64,000 nt of DNA from Candidatus Multivoradales bacterium (GCA_965223325.1 CBDCWI010000002.1:2080001-2144000), one strand, 5' to 3'; positions 10,563-20,558 are shown, numbered from the stretch's first letter. The notes: a model not told the origin generated them from the sequence alone. Made by a program: numbers and translations.

Positions 10563-11803
10563 CGGCGAGCGGCGAGCCCGCCGAGCAACGACGCCCTCGG
10601 CTCTACTACGGATGGCACGTCATCGCGACCCTGTTCGTGATGCTCGGCTTCTCCTCGGGGCTCGGTTTCTACATCCAATCTGTCCTGCTCGAGGCGTTGA
10701 CCAGCGAGCGCGGCTTCGCCGTCGCCAGCGCATCGTTCGCGACCACCATCTTCTTCCTCGCCAGCGGCATCGCCGGCCTCGGCGTCGCCGTGTTGATTGA
10801 ACGCTTCGACGCGCGCTTCTCGATTGCCGCCGGCGTTCTGGTCGCGGCGGCATCGCTGGCACTGGTCGGCCGCGTGCGCGAGATCTGGCAGCTATACCTG
10901 CTCTTCGCTCTCTTTGGCTGCGGTTTCGCCGGCGCCAACATGGTCACCGGAACGACCCTCGTCACGCGCTGGTTCGCGAGGCGCCGCCCCCTCGCTCTTG
11001 CCGTGGCGGCAACCGGCTTGTCGGTGGGAGGCATCGTTATCACGCCGATTGCAGCGGGCTTCATCGACCGGCTGGGGCTGGAGCGCAGCACCCCGTGGCT
11101 GGCCGTGGCGCTCATTCTCGGAGTCATCCCGCTCACTCTCTTCATGCTCCGCGACCGCCCCGAGGTGCTCGGCCTGCGGCCCGATGGCGCGCCGCCTGAA
11201 AGTCCCGACGCGCCCGCCGCAACCGTCAGCACACCCTTTCGAACGGCCGTCCGCTCACGTTTCTTCCTAGGCGTCACCGGTGCGTACGCCTTCGGGCTGA
11301 TGGCTCAGGTCGGCGGCATCGCTCATCAGTTCAAGTGGATCACCGATCAGGCCGACAACACCGTCGCCGCCGCCGGCGTGTCGACGCTCGCCGGCGCCAG
11401 CATCTTCGGTCGACTGATTGCCAGCGGCTTCCTGGGACGCTTTGCGGTGCGCGCGGTGGCCATCGTGCTCGCTCTTGCGCAGGCGATGGCACTCGGCCTG
11501 CTGGGCCAGGTGCACGGCGCCGTCGCTCTTCTTTTGGCTTCGGCGCTCTTCGGCTTGACGGTCGGAAGCTTCCTCTTGATGCGCCCGCTTCTGATTGCCG
11601 AAGCGTTCGGCGTTGGCAGCTACGCGCGCATCTACTCGTTCAGCAACGTCCTGGCGTCGTTGGGAGTCGCCGCCGGACCCGCCGTCCTCGGCCTCCTGCA
11701 CGACTACGCCGGCGGCTACCCCACCGCCTACCTGGCGGCAGCAGGCGGTTCGTTGATTGCGGGTGGGTGCCTGGTGCTGGCCGGCCCGATCGCCAGCGCC
11801 TGA
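10559..11803 (+). CDS. MFS transporter
   Basis: 12-TM pattern; YYGW start; RWFARRRPLA motif; 4-bp overlap with the GST stop. Confidence 0.88.
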   Translation: MTASGEPAEQRRPRLYYGWHVIATLFVMLGFSSGLGFYIQSVLLEALTSERGFAVASASFATTIFFLASGIAGLGVAVLIERFDARFSIAAGVLVAAASLALVGRVREIWQLYLLFALFGCGFAGANMVTGTTLVTRWFARRRPLALAVAATGLSVGGIVITPIAAGFIDRLGLERSTPWLAVALILGVIPLTLFMLRDRPEVLGLRPDGAPPESPDAPAATVSTPFRTAVRSRFFLGVTGAYAFGLMAQVGGIAHQFKWITDQADNTVAAAGVSTLAGASIFGRLIASGFLGRFAVRAVAIVLALAQAMALGLLGQVHGAVALLLASALFGLTVGSFLLMRPLLIAEAFGVGSYARIYSFSNVLASLGVAAGPAVLGLLHDYAGGYPTAYLAAAGGSLIAGGCLVLAGPIASA

Positions 11804-11834
11804 ACACTGGCTGTTCCCGGCTTGTTCTTGCGCG

Positions 11835-12122
11835 CTACTTGTCGCGCACCTCGTAGACCCGAATGCACTTGATGTAGGGGTTCTCCGACGCCACCGCGCA
11901 GGCCTCGTCGAGGCTTTCGGCCTCGATGATCGTGCAGCCGGTCATGGAGTCGGCTCCCCAGGGCAGGTCTTCGGTGCCCGACGCCGAGATCTCGCGGCCG
12001 CCGGCGAACCCCAGGTTGTCGACCGTTCTCTCGGCGACCTTCTCGAACCAACCACGCCACGCTTCCATGATCTCCGGTGTCGGTTTCTCGAACCCACAGT
12101 GCAACAACACAAACTTCTTCAT
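11835..12122 (-). CDS. YciI-like dimeric alpha/beta barrel protein
   Basis: MKKFVLL...MEAWRGWF...GCTIIEAESLDEA...IRVYEV. Confidence 0.75.
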   Translation of the reverse strand: MKKFVLLHCGFEKPTPEIMEAWRGWFEKVAERTVDNLGFAGGREISASGTEDLPWGADSMTGCTIIEAESLDEACAVASENPYIKCIRVYEVRDK

Positions 12123-12147
12123 CCCTTCTCCCCGATCGTTCGTTCGG

Positions 12148-13368
12148 CTAGCCGGTGATCATGAGCATGTGCGTTTCGTGACCCGCACCGGCACCGCCAA
12201 CGGCCGCAACTTTGTTGTCCCTTGTGGTGCCGAGAATCTGGCAGTGCTCGCTACCCGCGCCGAGGTAGAACCCGTAGCGCTGCTGGTTGCCACGGTTGCC
12301 TTCGTTCTTGTCGTAGGCAGCACAGCCAACCAGTTGAATCCTCTTACCCGCAGGAATGTGGAAGCCATCGTACAGCTGCGCCGGAGCGGCGCTGTTCCAG
12401 CTGTTTGAGTCGGCATGACAACCAACGAAGGAGTTCGGGCCGGAGTTGATGTGAAAGCCGTGCTGTTCGTTGTCTTGCGACTCACAGGCCGAGAACTGGT
12501 TGCGCCAGGTGCGCACGATGAAGCCCGACAGGTCGCTGTACCAGGCCTTGCAGTTGGTGAAGCGGTTGTTGGCACCTTCGATGTAGAAGCCAGCACCCGA
12601 AGCGCTGCCGCACTCGCACTGGGTGTAGAACCCGTCGGGGCAGTCGATGTGGAAACCGTGCGCTACGGGCTCGGCGCCTTCGGCCCCGGGGTTGTAGACC
12701 CGCACACCCGAAAGCTTCGTCGCTCGCATGCGGCCGCCGGCCAGGTGCACCGCGCTGTGCCGAGTGCGGAAGACGTAGAGGTCGGAGAACCAGTGCCCGG
12801 CGTCAGGTCCTTCGTCGAACCCCGCGTTAGAGGTGATGTTGTAGTAGATACCCTTGACCTCGGCACCCTGATAGCGGTTACCGTCGAGCGCCAACCAGGC
12901 GACGTGGTTCTTCTGGGTGTCCGCCGCCGCGGGCTCTATGAGACCGCCCACCGTCGTGCCGTCGAACGCTGGCCAGGTCCCGTGGGCACGCAGAATGGTC
13001 GAACGCCCCTGACCGACGAGCGCGATTCGCGTGGTGAGCCGAACCGCGCCGGTGCAATGGAACAGACCCTCGCTCAGGCGCACCGTTCCGCCATGACTGG
13101 CAAGAGCGGCAACCGCCGCGGCGATCGTCTGGTCGTCGTCGGTGCCGTCGCACTGGTAGTGCGCGACTTCTCGCACGCGCGGGTGCGCATCGGCCGAGGC
13201 CACCAACAACGTGTCGGGGCCGGTCTCGAAGTCTTCGAGACTGATGACCTCGGCGCCGGGCGCTCGCTCGGCCGCAGGATCAGACTCGGCTGCGCGGGCG
13301 ACCAGCGGCAGGCCAGGGATTGCCGCGGCAGGAACCGCAAGTCGGTGCAGAAAACGCCGGCGATTCAT
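12148..13368 (-). CDS. Tat-exported right-handed parallel beta-helix protein (pectate lyase/GH55-like)
   Basis: NRRRFL signal; YQCDGTDDDQTIAAA and GGTVRLSEG N-terminal cap; repeated NxFxxCxAxxN beta-helix turns. Confidence 0.8.
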   Translation of the reverse strand: MNRRRFLHRLAVPAAAIPGLPLVARAAESDPAAERAPGAEVISLEDFETGPDTLLVASADAHPRVREVAHYQCDGTDDDQTIAAAVAALASHGGTVRLSEGLFHCTGAVRLTTRIALVGQGRSTILRAHGTWPAFDGTTVGGLIEPAAADTQKNHVAWLALDGNRYQGAEVKGIYYNITSNAGFDEGPDAGHWFSDLYVFRTRHSAVHLAGGRMRATKLSGVRVYNPGAEGAEPVAHGFHIDCPDGFYTQCECGSASGAGFYIEGANNRFTNCKAWYSDLSGFIVRTWRNQFSACESQDNEQHGFHINSGPNSFVGCHADSNSWNSAAPAQLYDGFHIPAGKRIQLVGCAAYDKNEGNRGNQQRYGFYLGAGSEHCQILGTTRDNKVAAVGGAGAGHETHMLMITG

Positions 13369-13493
13369 CAGAGAACCCTCCAGAGAATGAATTCAAAAGA
13401 AGCTATAAGTCTACTCCTTTTCCGTCACGCTCTGCAGAACCTGCCGCCAGTCGATGAATCGTGCGCTTTGCCCCGGTCAGGCGATGGCTGCGT

Positions 13494-14927
13494 TCAAGGC
13501 AACTCTGTGTCCCAGGCGTTGGTGTTGCCGGTTTCGAGACCGTCGGCAAACAGTTGACCGGAGGCACCAAAGTCCTTCACGCACGAGGGATAGTGGGCAT
13601 CGAGCCGCGAGGTCAAATGGGAAACGACCGTCGGGTGCAAGTTCGCCGTCGAGCCACAACCGGTCAAGTGACAGTAGCTCATCAGGGTGCCGGCCCCGCC
13701 CGACGGGCAGCTCGTCGCGCCGCCATAGCAGCCACCTTCACCGGCGAAGCACTGATCGATCGGTGTTGGGTAGCAGTGAGTGTGCGGTGAGCCGAGGTTG
13801 TGGCCGAGCTCGTGCGCGGTGATCTTGAGGCTGCTGGCGATTGAGATCGCGGGATTCCAGAAAACCCGGTTGACACTGTAGCCACCGCCGTAGCTCTGCT
13901 TCTCACAGAAGGCGTCGAGCCAGGCGATGCCAGACGCGCCGTAGGCACTCTCCTGCTTGCCCGAGATCTGCATCACGAAGGTGCGCGAGACATCTCCATG
14001 GTTTGCCGCCCAGTAGTTGCCGAGCTCGAGCAGCTGAGCGTAGGTGCTGTCTGAGGACGTGGTGCTGTAGGAGTCCGTCAAGCGAAGGAAGGTCTCTCCC
14101 TGTGCCAAGTGGAGATCGAGGTCGCGTTCATAGAGCACGTTCATCTGCAGGAACATGTCCGCCAACCAGGCGGTGGCCGCAGCCTCGCTGTCCGAGAAAC
14201 GCTTCGACATCATCTCGTCGTCGACATCGACGGCGACTTCGACCTCGCGCATCCCAGGCGCTGCGCCCCGTTGGTTCGGAGCGGGCGGTGGATCGATAGA
14301 CCCCGCGAAGGGGTTGTCGAGGTCACGTGAATCGATGGGATCCGTGCCGCACTCGTACTCGAGCCCGTCGGAAACAACGACCGACTCACGGAGTGCATGC
14401 CGACTGGCATCGCCACCCGAGCGCTCGTTGAACTCGACGATGGAACCGCCGTCCATGACAAGGCCTCGCATGCGGTCAGTCGCCGGGTCAAAGGCAACGC
14501 CAAAGCGAATCGCCCCGTCGTTGGTGCGGCCACGGAAGTATCGTCGCGCGTCGCGCGGGACCTCGCGCTCCCCCGCCCTGTCGACGACGACGATGCGGGC
14601 GCGTTCGGAGTAGATCGCGACGCGCTCGAGCGTCACCGGCTGGCGCGAACCGATGGCAACCGGAAACTCTGAGAGCAACAGGCGGTCACCCATGGTCGCC
14701 GACTCGAGGGCGGCGGTCAGGTTCTCGGGAAGGCGAAAGGCTTCCTCGAGAGCATCGGGCGTGCGGCTGCGCACACCAGGCTCGAAGCTGACCTCGAGCG
14801 ACACGTCTTCTGCCGCCAGCGGCAGGCAGGTCACCAGAAAAAGAAGCGCAACAAAGAAAGGAGGAAGACGAGGACACTGCAGGGAACGGTTCATCGGAAC
14901 AGACTCCAGATCAGCAACTTTGGGCAC
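13494..14927 (-). CDS. Secreted M12B/reprolysin-like zinc metalloprotease (start may be the ATG at 14894)
   Basis: GIAWLDAFC, HELGHNLGSPH, Met-turn TLMSYC; C-terminal LFADGLETGNTNAW. Confidence 0.9.
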   Translation of the reverse strand: MPKVADLESVPMNRSLQCPRLPPFFVALLFLVTCLPLAAEDVSLEVSFEPGVRSRTPDALEEAFRLPENLTAALESATMGDRLLLSEFPVAIGSRQPVTLERVAIYSERARIVVVDRAGEREVPRDARRYFRGRTNDGAIRFGVAFDPATDRMRGLVMDGGSIVEFNERSGGDASRHALRESVVVSDGLEYECGTDPIDSRDLDNPFAGSIDPPPAPNQRGAAPGMREVEVAVDVDDEMMSKRFSDSEAAATAWLADMFLQMNVLYERDLDLHLAQGETFLRLTDSYSTTSSDSTYAQLLELGNYWAANHGDVSRTFVMQISGKQESAYGASGIAWLDAFCEKQSYGGGYSVNRVFWNPAISIASSLKITAHELGHNLGSPHTHCYPTPIDQCFAGEGGCYGGATSCPSGGAGTLMSYCHLTGCGSTANLHPTVVSHLTSRLDAHYPSCVKDFGASGQLFADGLETGNTNAWDTELP

Positions 14928-14989
14928 CTTGTGCAGGAGCTTTACGGAAGGCGAGCGCCGGTGATCGAAGGATCACCAGGATCAAGAGA

Positions 14990-15016
14990 ATTATAGCATA
15001 AAGACTATAAGTCTTT
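14990..15016 (-). promoter_or_regulatory. Extended -10 promoter (TGCTATAAT) with adjacent palindromic operator AAAGACT-n3-AGTCTTT
   Basis: Plus-strand attatagca at 14990-14998; perfect 7-bp-arm palindrome at 15000-15016; upstream of the protease gene. Confidence 0.6.
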
Positions 15017-15086
15017 CGCTCCAAACCCCTGCAAAAACAGTGTTTCGGCCTCTATTCGGGCCTCTAACTGGTCTATTCGGTGCGAC

Positions 15087-18000
15087 TTAGCGCCCTTCGA
15101 GCGCGCTGCCAACGGCGTCGTGAAAGGCCGGCCGCAGTTGACGGATTCGGGTGTTGTCGCGGGTCGGATGCACCCGGTTCGTCAACAGGACCACGAACAG
15201 CTCGCGCCCCGGATCGAGCCACAGTGACGTGCCGGTGAACCCCGTATGGCCGTAAGAGCCCGGGCCGAAGCAGCAGCCCGAACTGCTCGGTGCCGACGGC
15301 GTGTCCCAACCGAGCGCGCGACTGCTCTCTGGAACACCGGCGTCACCTCCGACGCGGGTGGTGAACCTGGTGACCGTCGCGCCGTTCAGAATCCGTCGCC
15401 CGTCGAGGACTCCCCCGGAAAGCATCGCCTGGGCGAAGCGTGCCAGGTCAGGACCGGTCGAGAACAGCCCGGCATGGGGTGCGACACCACCCAGGCCGGC
15501 AGCATTCTCGTCGTGCACTTCGCCGTGAACCTGGCGACCGCGAAACTTCTGGTCGATCTCGGTGGGCGGAATGCGCGCGAGCTCGGCCGCACCCGGAGTG
15601 AACATCGTGTTGTGCATGCCGAGCGGCGCAAAGATTCGTTCCCGAGCCAGCTGGTCGAGGGGTTTGCCAGAAAGGCGCACCAGCACCTCGCCTAGCAGCA
15701 TGATGCCGAGGTCGGAGTACTCGGTCCTGGTGCCCGGGTCGTAGGCGAGGGGCAACGCGAAGATTTCGTCGAGGTAGGCAGCACGCGCCTCTTCAGGTTC
15801 GAGCACACCATGGCGAGCCCAGAGATCGGTCCACCACAAGATGCCGCTCGAATGGGTCAACAGGTCACGCACTTTGACCAAGTGGCGACGGGGATCGTCG
15901 GCGGCTGCGTTCCATTCGGGCAAGTAGCGCTCGAGGGGTGCGTCGAGATCCAGGCGACCCCGTTCGACTTCATACATTGCCAGCGTCGTGGTGACGATGA
16001 CCTTGGTCAGCGAAGCGAGGTCCCAAAGCGACTCGATTTCAATTGCTGGAGAGTCCGCGTCGTAGGTCTGGCGACCGACTGCCGCGGCAAAAACGACCTC
16101 GCCACGATGACCAACGACCGCGACGGCCCCGGGCGTTACCTTGTCTAGAACGGCCTGCTCGAGGACGGCGCGCGCAGTGTCGAAGCCGGCGCCGGAAACG
16201 CCGGCGACCGTGAAAGCACCCGCGGTCGGCTGCCGCTCGAGGCCCGTTCCGATGGGCCAGGCTGCACCGTCACCTGAACCTCCTAGGGCGACTGGTGTGC
16301 GACCGGTGATCGCCGCTTCGCCGAACAGAGCGCCGACCAGCGCTCGCTGGCTGGCTGGCGAGGTGTCCCAGGCCAGGAGCCGCACAGTCGACCGTTCGGG
16401 AGCTGCCTCGAAAGCAGCTTGTGCTGGCACCAGGGCGGCGCGCGGATCATAGAAACTCGCCACGACCAGCGGGTTTCCGCGCTCAGCCAGTTCGGTGAGC
16501 GCCGCTCGTGGCGCATCAGGTTTTTCGACGAACCACGCCAGGAGCACAACGGTTTCCGCGGCGAGACGCTCGCCCGGTTCCGCCAGCAGTTGACGGACGG
16601 CACTGTCGAGCCCGCCCGGCGTAGTCCGCACCACATCGACCCGCGCGGCGCGCGCGCGCAACGCCCGCTCGAGCGGCGCTGCACTGACCCCGGCCGCGCG
16701 CGGCGGCAGGACTTCGATCGAAGTGACCGCCGGTGGTGTGCGACTGGCAAGAGGGAAACCTCCGCTATCTTCGAGGAGGGTGATCGACTGCTCAGCAACT
16801 CGCGCCCCGACGCCCGACCAGGACGACAACCCCACCGAGCTTTCGAGCTCTGCGGGATCCTCGGTCGACGTCCTCACCGGAGGTTCACTGCCGACCCTCC
16901 TGACGAAGGCCTTTGCCAGCAGCACCCGCCGCACCGCGTCGTCGAGCCGCTCCATCGGCAGGCGGCCGCTCTTGGCGGCTTTGACCAGCGCGGCGTGGGC
17001 GGCGCGCGGCTCGGCCGGCAAGAGGAGAACGTCGATGCCGGCCAAGAGTGCTTCGATCTCGAGCTCTCCGACCGGAACGCGACCTTCACCCGAGGCTCCG
17101 ACCATTTCGAGCGCGTCGCTGACGACCAGGCCGCTGAAACCGAGTTCACCGCGAAGCAGGCCTCCGAGAACCTCCGGCGAACGCGAGATCGGTCGCTCGG
17201 CCGCACCGTCGAGGGCCGGGATCGCCAGGTGTGCGGGCATCAAACCGGCGACCCCCGCGTCGATCGCGCGCCGGAATGGCTCGAGCTCGCTCTCGAGCTG
17301 CGCGTGCGACAGGTCGACGCGCGGCAGGGCGACGTGGGAGTCGACCGTTGTCGGGCCGTGGCCGGGAAAGTGCTTCGCCACCGTGAGCACCCCCTCAGCC
17401 TGGGCCGCTTCGATGAAGGCAGCACCGAGAAGCGCAACGCGCTCGGGATCGGCGCCGAACGAACGCGTGGCAATGGCTCGATTGGCCAGGTCGGTGACGC
17501 GATCGAGCACCGGCGCCAACAGAATCGAGACCCCCATCGCTCGCGCTTCGCGAGCCGTGATTGTGCCCTGGGTGCGAATTGCAGACTCCGCGTCGCTCGA
17601 GTTGGCAATCGCGCCATAGGCCATCGCGCGCGGGAAGCGAGTCGCGCCGTCGACACGCATCGCCGTTCCCCACTCGTAGTCGGAGGCGATGAGTGGTGCC
17701 ACCTTCGAGGCATCCCGCAGTCGCTCGACCACCCGCCGGGTGCCGTAGGGCTCGCCGGCGAACAGGACCGCCCCACCGACCTTGCCTTCGCGTGCGAGCT
17801 CTAAGACCTCTTGCAGGTCGGCGTTGCCTTCGGCATAGAACCGACCAAAGACGCGTGGCAACAGCAACTGCCCGACCTTCTCTTCGAGCGACAGGGTGGC
17901 GAGCGTTTGCTCGGCCCACTGTTGGTCGACTCCGTCCTCCAGACGGTCGCCAAACCAGGGGACCGCCTTCTCAACCTGCGAAGGCGTGCTCTCCTGACCG

Positions 18001-18128
18001 AGGGCCGGCTGCGCGGCGGCGTCTACCACACCATAAAGAGCGACGCCCAGGGCAATGGCGGTAGCGATCGCCATGACCGCTGTTCGAGCGGAGTGTCGAA
18101 GCGTTGTCGAGCTGCGCGGTCGGATCAT
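15087..18128 (-). CDS. GH3 beta-N-acetylglucosaminidase fused to a C-terminal beta-lactamase-family serine hydrolase
   Basis: GH3: LEEKVGQL, KHFPGHG, DSH, SDALEM. Serine hydrolase: ASLTK (SxxK), YSD, GHTGFTGT. Confidence 0.92.
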   Translation of the reverse strand: MIRPRSSTTLRHSARTAVMAIATAIALGVALYGVVDAAAQPALGQESTPSQVEKAVPWFGDRLEDGVDQQWAEQTLATLSLEEKVGQLLLPRVFGRFYAEGNADLQEVLELAREGKVGGAVLFAGEPYGTRRVVERLRDASKVAPLIASDYEWGTAMRVDGATRFPRAMAYGAIANSSDAESAIRTQGTITAREARAMGVSILLAPVLDRVTDLANRAIATRSFGADPERVALLGAAFIEAAQAEGVLTVAKHFPGHGPTTVDSHVALPRVDLSHAQLESELEPFRRAIDAGVAGLMPAHLAIPALDGAAERPISRSPEVLGGLLRGELGFSGLVVSDALEMVGASGEGRVPVGELEIEALLAGIDVLLLPAEPRAAHAALVKAAKSGRLPMERLDDAVRRVLLAKAFVRRVGSEPPVRTSTEDPAELESSVGLSSWSGVGARVAEQSITLLEDSGGFPLASRTPPAVTSIEVLPPRAAGVSAAPLERALRARAARVDVVRTTPGGLDSAVRQLLAEPGERLAAETVVLLAWFVEKPDAPRAALTELAERGNPLVVASFYDPRAALVPAQAAFEAAPERSTVRLLAWDTSPASQRALVGALFGEAAITGRTPVALGGSGDGAAWPIGTGLERQPTAGAFTVAGVSGAGFDTARAVLEQAVLDKVTPGAVAVVGHRGEVVFAAAVGRQTYDADSPAIEIESLWDLASLTKVIVTTTLAMYEVERGRLDLDAPLERYLPEWNAAADDPRRHLVKVRDLLTHSSGILWWTDLWARHGVLEPEEARAAYLDEIFALPLAYDPGTRTEYSDLGIMLLGEVLVRLSGKPLDQLARERIFAPLGMHNTMFTPGAAELARIPPTEIDQKFRGRQVHGEVHDENAAGLGGVAPHAGLFSTGPDLARFAQAMLSGGVLDGRRILNGATVTRFTTRVGGDAGVPESSRALGWDTPSAPSSSGCCFGPGSYGHTGFTGTSLWLDPGRELFVVLLTNRVHPTRDNTRIRQLRPAFHDAVGSALEGR

Positions 18129-18532
18129 GCCTTCGCCTGCAGCACCATCTGGGTCTGCACAACGAGAGCGACAGGCTTGCCGTCGGTCCTCGTCAGGCGC
18201 GTTTGCCAGACCATGGTGCGGCGGCCGCGGTGAATCGGCGTGCTCTCGCCGGTCACCACCTCACCGAGCGGCGCGGCGCGCAGGAAGTTGGTTTTCGACT
18301 CGAGGGTCGTGGTGGTCGCGCCGGCCGGCAGGTTGAGCACGGTCGCGGTGGCGCCCAGGGTGTCAGCGAAGGCCATGATGGCGCCGCCATGGAGAATCTC
18401 ACCCACCGTGCAGATCTCCTGGCGCACGAGGAGCGTCGCAACCACTCGGTCGACCGTCACCTCCGTGAACTCGAGTCCCAAGGTGCCCGGCATGCGGTCT
18501 GCCATCATCTGAGTCAATTGGCCTGGATCCAT
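18125..18532 (-). CDS. PaaI family hotdog-fold thioesterase
   Basis: ILHGGAIMAFADTLG, TTLESKTNFL, HRGRRTMVWQ; start re-set to the ATG at 18532 after GAGAGG. Confidence 0.9.
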   Translation of the reverse strand: MDPGQLTQMMADRMPGTLGLEFTEVTVDRVVATLLVRQEICTVGEILHGGAIMAFADTLGATATVLNLPAGATTTTLESKTNFLRAAPLGEVVTGESTPIHRGRRTMVWQTRLTRTDGKPVALVVQTQMVLQAKA

Positions 18533-18666
18533 CGAACGTTCCTCTCGCACTCTTGCTGTGCTTCGGGTGGGCGATTGGGCTTCGACCGATCCTCGCACAG
18601 ACTCACGGCCTCGAGAGTTGCCCCTAAGGTCCAACGAGGCACGACAACCTTGCAGCCCCTTCTACC

Positions 18667-20196
18667 TTGCTGACCCTTCTCGACCACGCCGTCCTGCTGG
18701 CCTACCTCGCCGTCGTCGCCGCGGTGGGGCTCTTCGCTTCGCGTGGCCAGCGCGACGGCGAGGACTATCTGCTGGCGTCGCGACGCATTCCCTGGTGGGC
18801 GGTGGGCATCTCGATCGTGGCAACCGAAACCAGCGCCCTGACGTTCCTCGGTGCACCGATCCAGTCGCTGCGCGGTGACTGGACCTACCTGCAGCTCACC
18901 GTCGGCTCGGCGATCGGGCGCCTGGGCGTCGCCTTCTTGTTGCTCGGCCTCTACTATCGCGCCGAGGTGGTGACGGTCTACGACTGGCTGGGGCTGCGTT
19001 TCGGCCCCCTCACCCGCAACTTGTCGACCGGCCTGTTCTTCGTCGGCCGCTTGCTGGGCAGTGGCGTTCGACTCTACGGCGGCGCCATCGCCCTGGTCGT
19101 GGTCGCCGGAATGCCCTTCCCCATCGCCATCTTCGCCATCGCCGGGGTCGCGGTGCTCTACACCCTGATGGGTGGCCTGCGCTCTGTCATCTGGACCGAC
19201 GCGGTACAGGGGGTCCTGCTGCTGCTCGGCGTCGTCCTGGCGATCGTCTGGCTTTCACGCGGCGAGGGTCTCTTCGCGCTGCTCGACGCCGCCGCGGATG
19301 TGACCGTTTCAGCCGACGGTGCCACCAAGACCAGGCTCATCAACCCGACCCTCAATCCGGCCGTCGCCTACACCCTCTTCGCCGGCGTCATCGGAAGCGC
19401 CGTCTTGACCCTTTCGACCCACGGCACCGACCAGGACCTCGTGCAACGAACGCTGGCGTGCACAGACGTCAAGGAAGCGCGACGCGGCATGGTGCTTTCG
19501 GCAGTCATCATCGTGCCCCTGACGCTCCTCTTTCTGATCGCTGGCACCCTGCTGTGGACCCACTACGGGGGTGACGAGGGCGCGGCGCGCGCGGCGGCGC
19601 TGATCGCCACAGAACATGGCCTGGCCAACGGTGCACAAGGGTATGACTTCCTGTTCGCCCGCACCCTGGTCGACCTGTTGCCCGCCGGACTGCGCGGCCT
19701 GGTGCTGGCCGCCGTCCTGGCCACTGCCATGTCGAGCCTCGACTCGGCGATGGCGGCCCTCTCGAGCACCGCGGTCACCGCCCGACGGCCCGCCGGCGCC
19801 AAGATCGATGACGCGCTTGCACTGGCCACCGGCCGGCGTTACGCGTTGTTCTTCGGCGCGATCCTGGTGGCCGTCGCCCTGGTGGTCTGGCAACGAGAGG
19901 CCGGGGGCTCATCGGCCGAGGGCTTCGGCATCCTCCGCCTCGGTTTGCAGGTACTGAGCTGGATCTTCCCGCCACTCCTCGGAGTCGTCCTGGTGGGTGC
20001 ATTGACCAACCATCGCGGCTCCGACCGCGGCAACCTGCTGGCCCTCTCGGTTTCCATCGGCACCCTCCTTCTGATCGAGATGCTGCCCGGCTGGACCGGC
20101 CAACCCACCCCCTTCGCCTGGACCTGGAACCCGATCATCGGCTGCTCAATGTCCGCTGCCATCGCCTCGTGCTTCAGCGGAAAAGAGCGAACTTGA
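18667..20196 (+). CDS. Sodium:solute symporter (SSS) family
   Basis: SIVATETSALTF, GGLRSVIWTDAVQ, HGTDQDLVQR, AMSSLDS. Confidence 0.92.
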   Translation: MLTLLDHAVLLAYLAVVAAVGLFASRGQRDGEDYLLASRRIPWWAVGISIVATETSALTFLGAPIQSLRGDWTYLQLTVGSAIGRLGVAFLLLGLYYRAEVVTVYDWLGLRFGPLTRNLSTGLFFVGRLLGSGVRLYGGAIALVVVAGMPFPIAIFAIAGVAVLYTLMGGLRSVIWTDAVQGVLLLLGVVLAIVWLSRGEGLFALLDAAADVTVSADGATKTRLINPTLNPAVAYTLFAGVIGSAVLTLSTHGTDQDLVQRTLACTDVKEARRGMVLSAVIIVPLTLLFLIAGTLLWTHYGGDEGAARAAALIATEHGLANGAQGYDFLFARTLVDLLPAGLRGLVLAAVLATAMSSLDSAMAALSSTAVTARRPAGAKIDDALALATGRRYALFFGAILVAVALVVWQREAGGSSAEGFGILRLGLQVLSWIFPPLLGVVLVGALTNHRGSDRGNLLALSVSIGTLLLIEMLPGWTGQPTPFAWTWNPIIGCSMSAAIASCFSGKERT

Positions 20197-20237
20197 CGGC
20201 GTAGCACCCAAGGAATCCCAGAACCACCCCAGTCAAT

Positions 20238-20311
20238 CGCCCGGGAAACGCCCGGGAAACGCCCGGCGTGGGCCCGGGAAACGCCCGGGGAACGCCCGGC
20301 GTGGGCCCGGG
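20238..20311. repeat. GC-rich 11-bp tandem repeat (cgcccgggaaa-like) with 33-bp higher-order period
   Basis: cgcccgggaaa cgcccgggaaa cgcccggcgtg ggcccgggaaa cgcccggggaa cgcccggcgtg ggcccggg. Confidence 0.85.
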
Positions 20312-20390
20312 CCGGGGGCAGGATTGCGCGAGCTGAGATACGCTTCGTGGCATCAGTCAATACGAGTTGATGACAGTCAGGGGGGGAATC

Positions 20391-20558
20391 ATGCTTCGTT
20401 GGGCACTCATCTTTCTGGTCCTCGCACTGGTCGCCGGACTGTTCGGCTTTGGCGGTATCGCGGCTGGAGCGGCGGGCATCGCGAGGATTCTCTTTGTCGT
20501 GTTCCTTGTGGTCTCGCTGGTTTCGCTGATCATGAACTTCGCCCGCAGCGCGACCTGA
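20391..20558 (+). CDS. DUF1328 (UPF0391/YtjA-like) small membrane protein
   Basis: [35 protein letters not shown]; GGGGGAA SD. Confidence 0.92.
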   Translation: MLRWALIFLVLALVAGLFGFGGIAAGAAGIARILFVVFLVVSLVSLIMNFARSAT

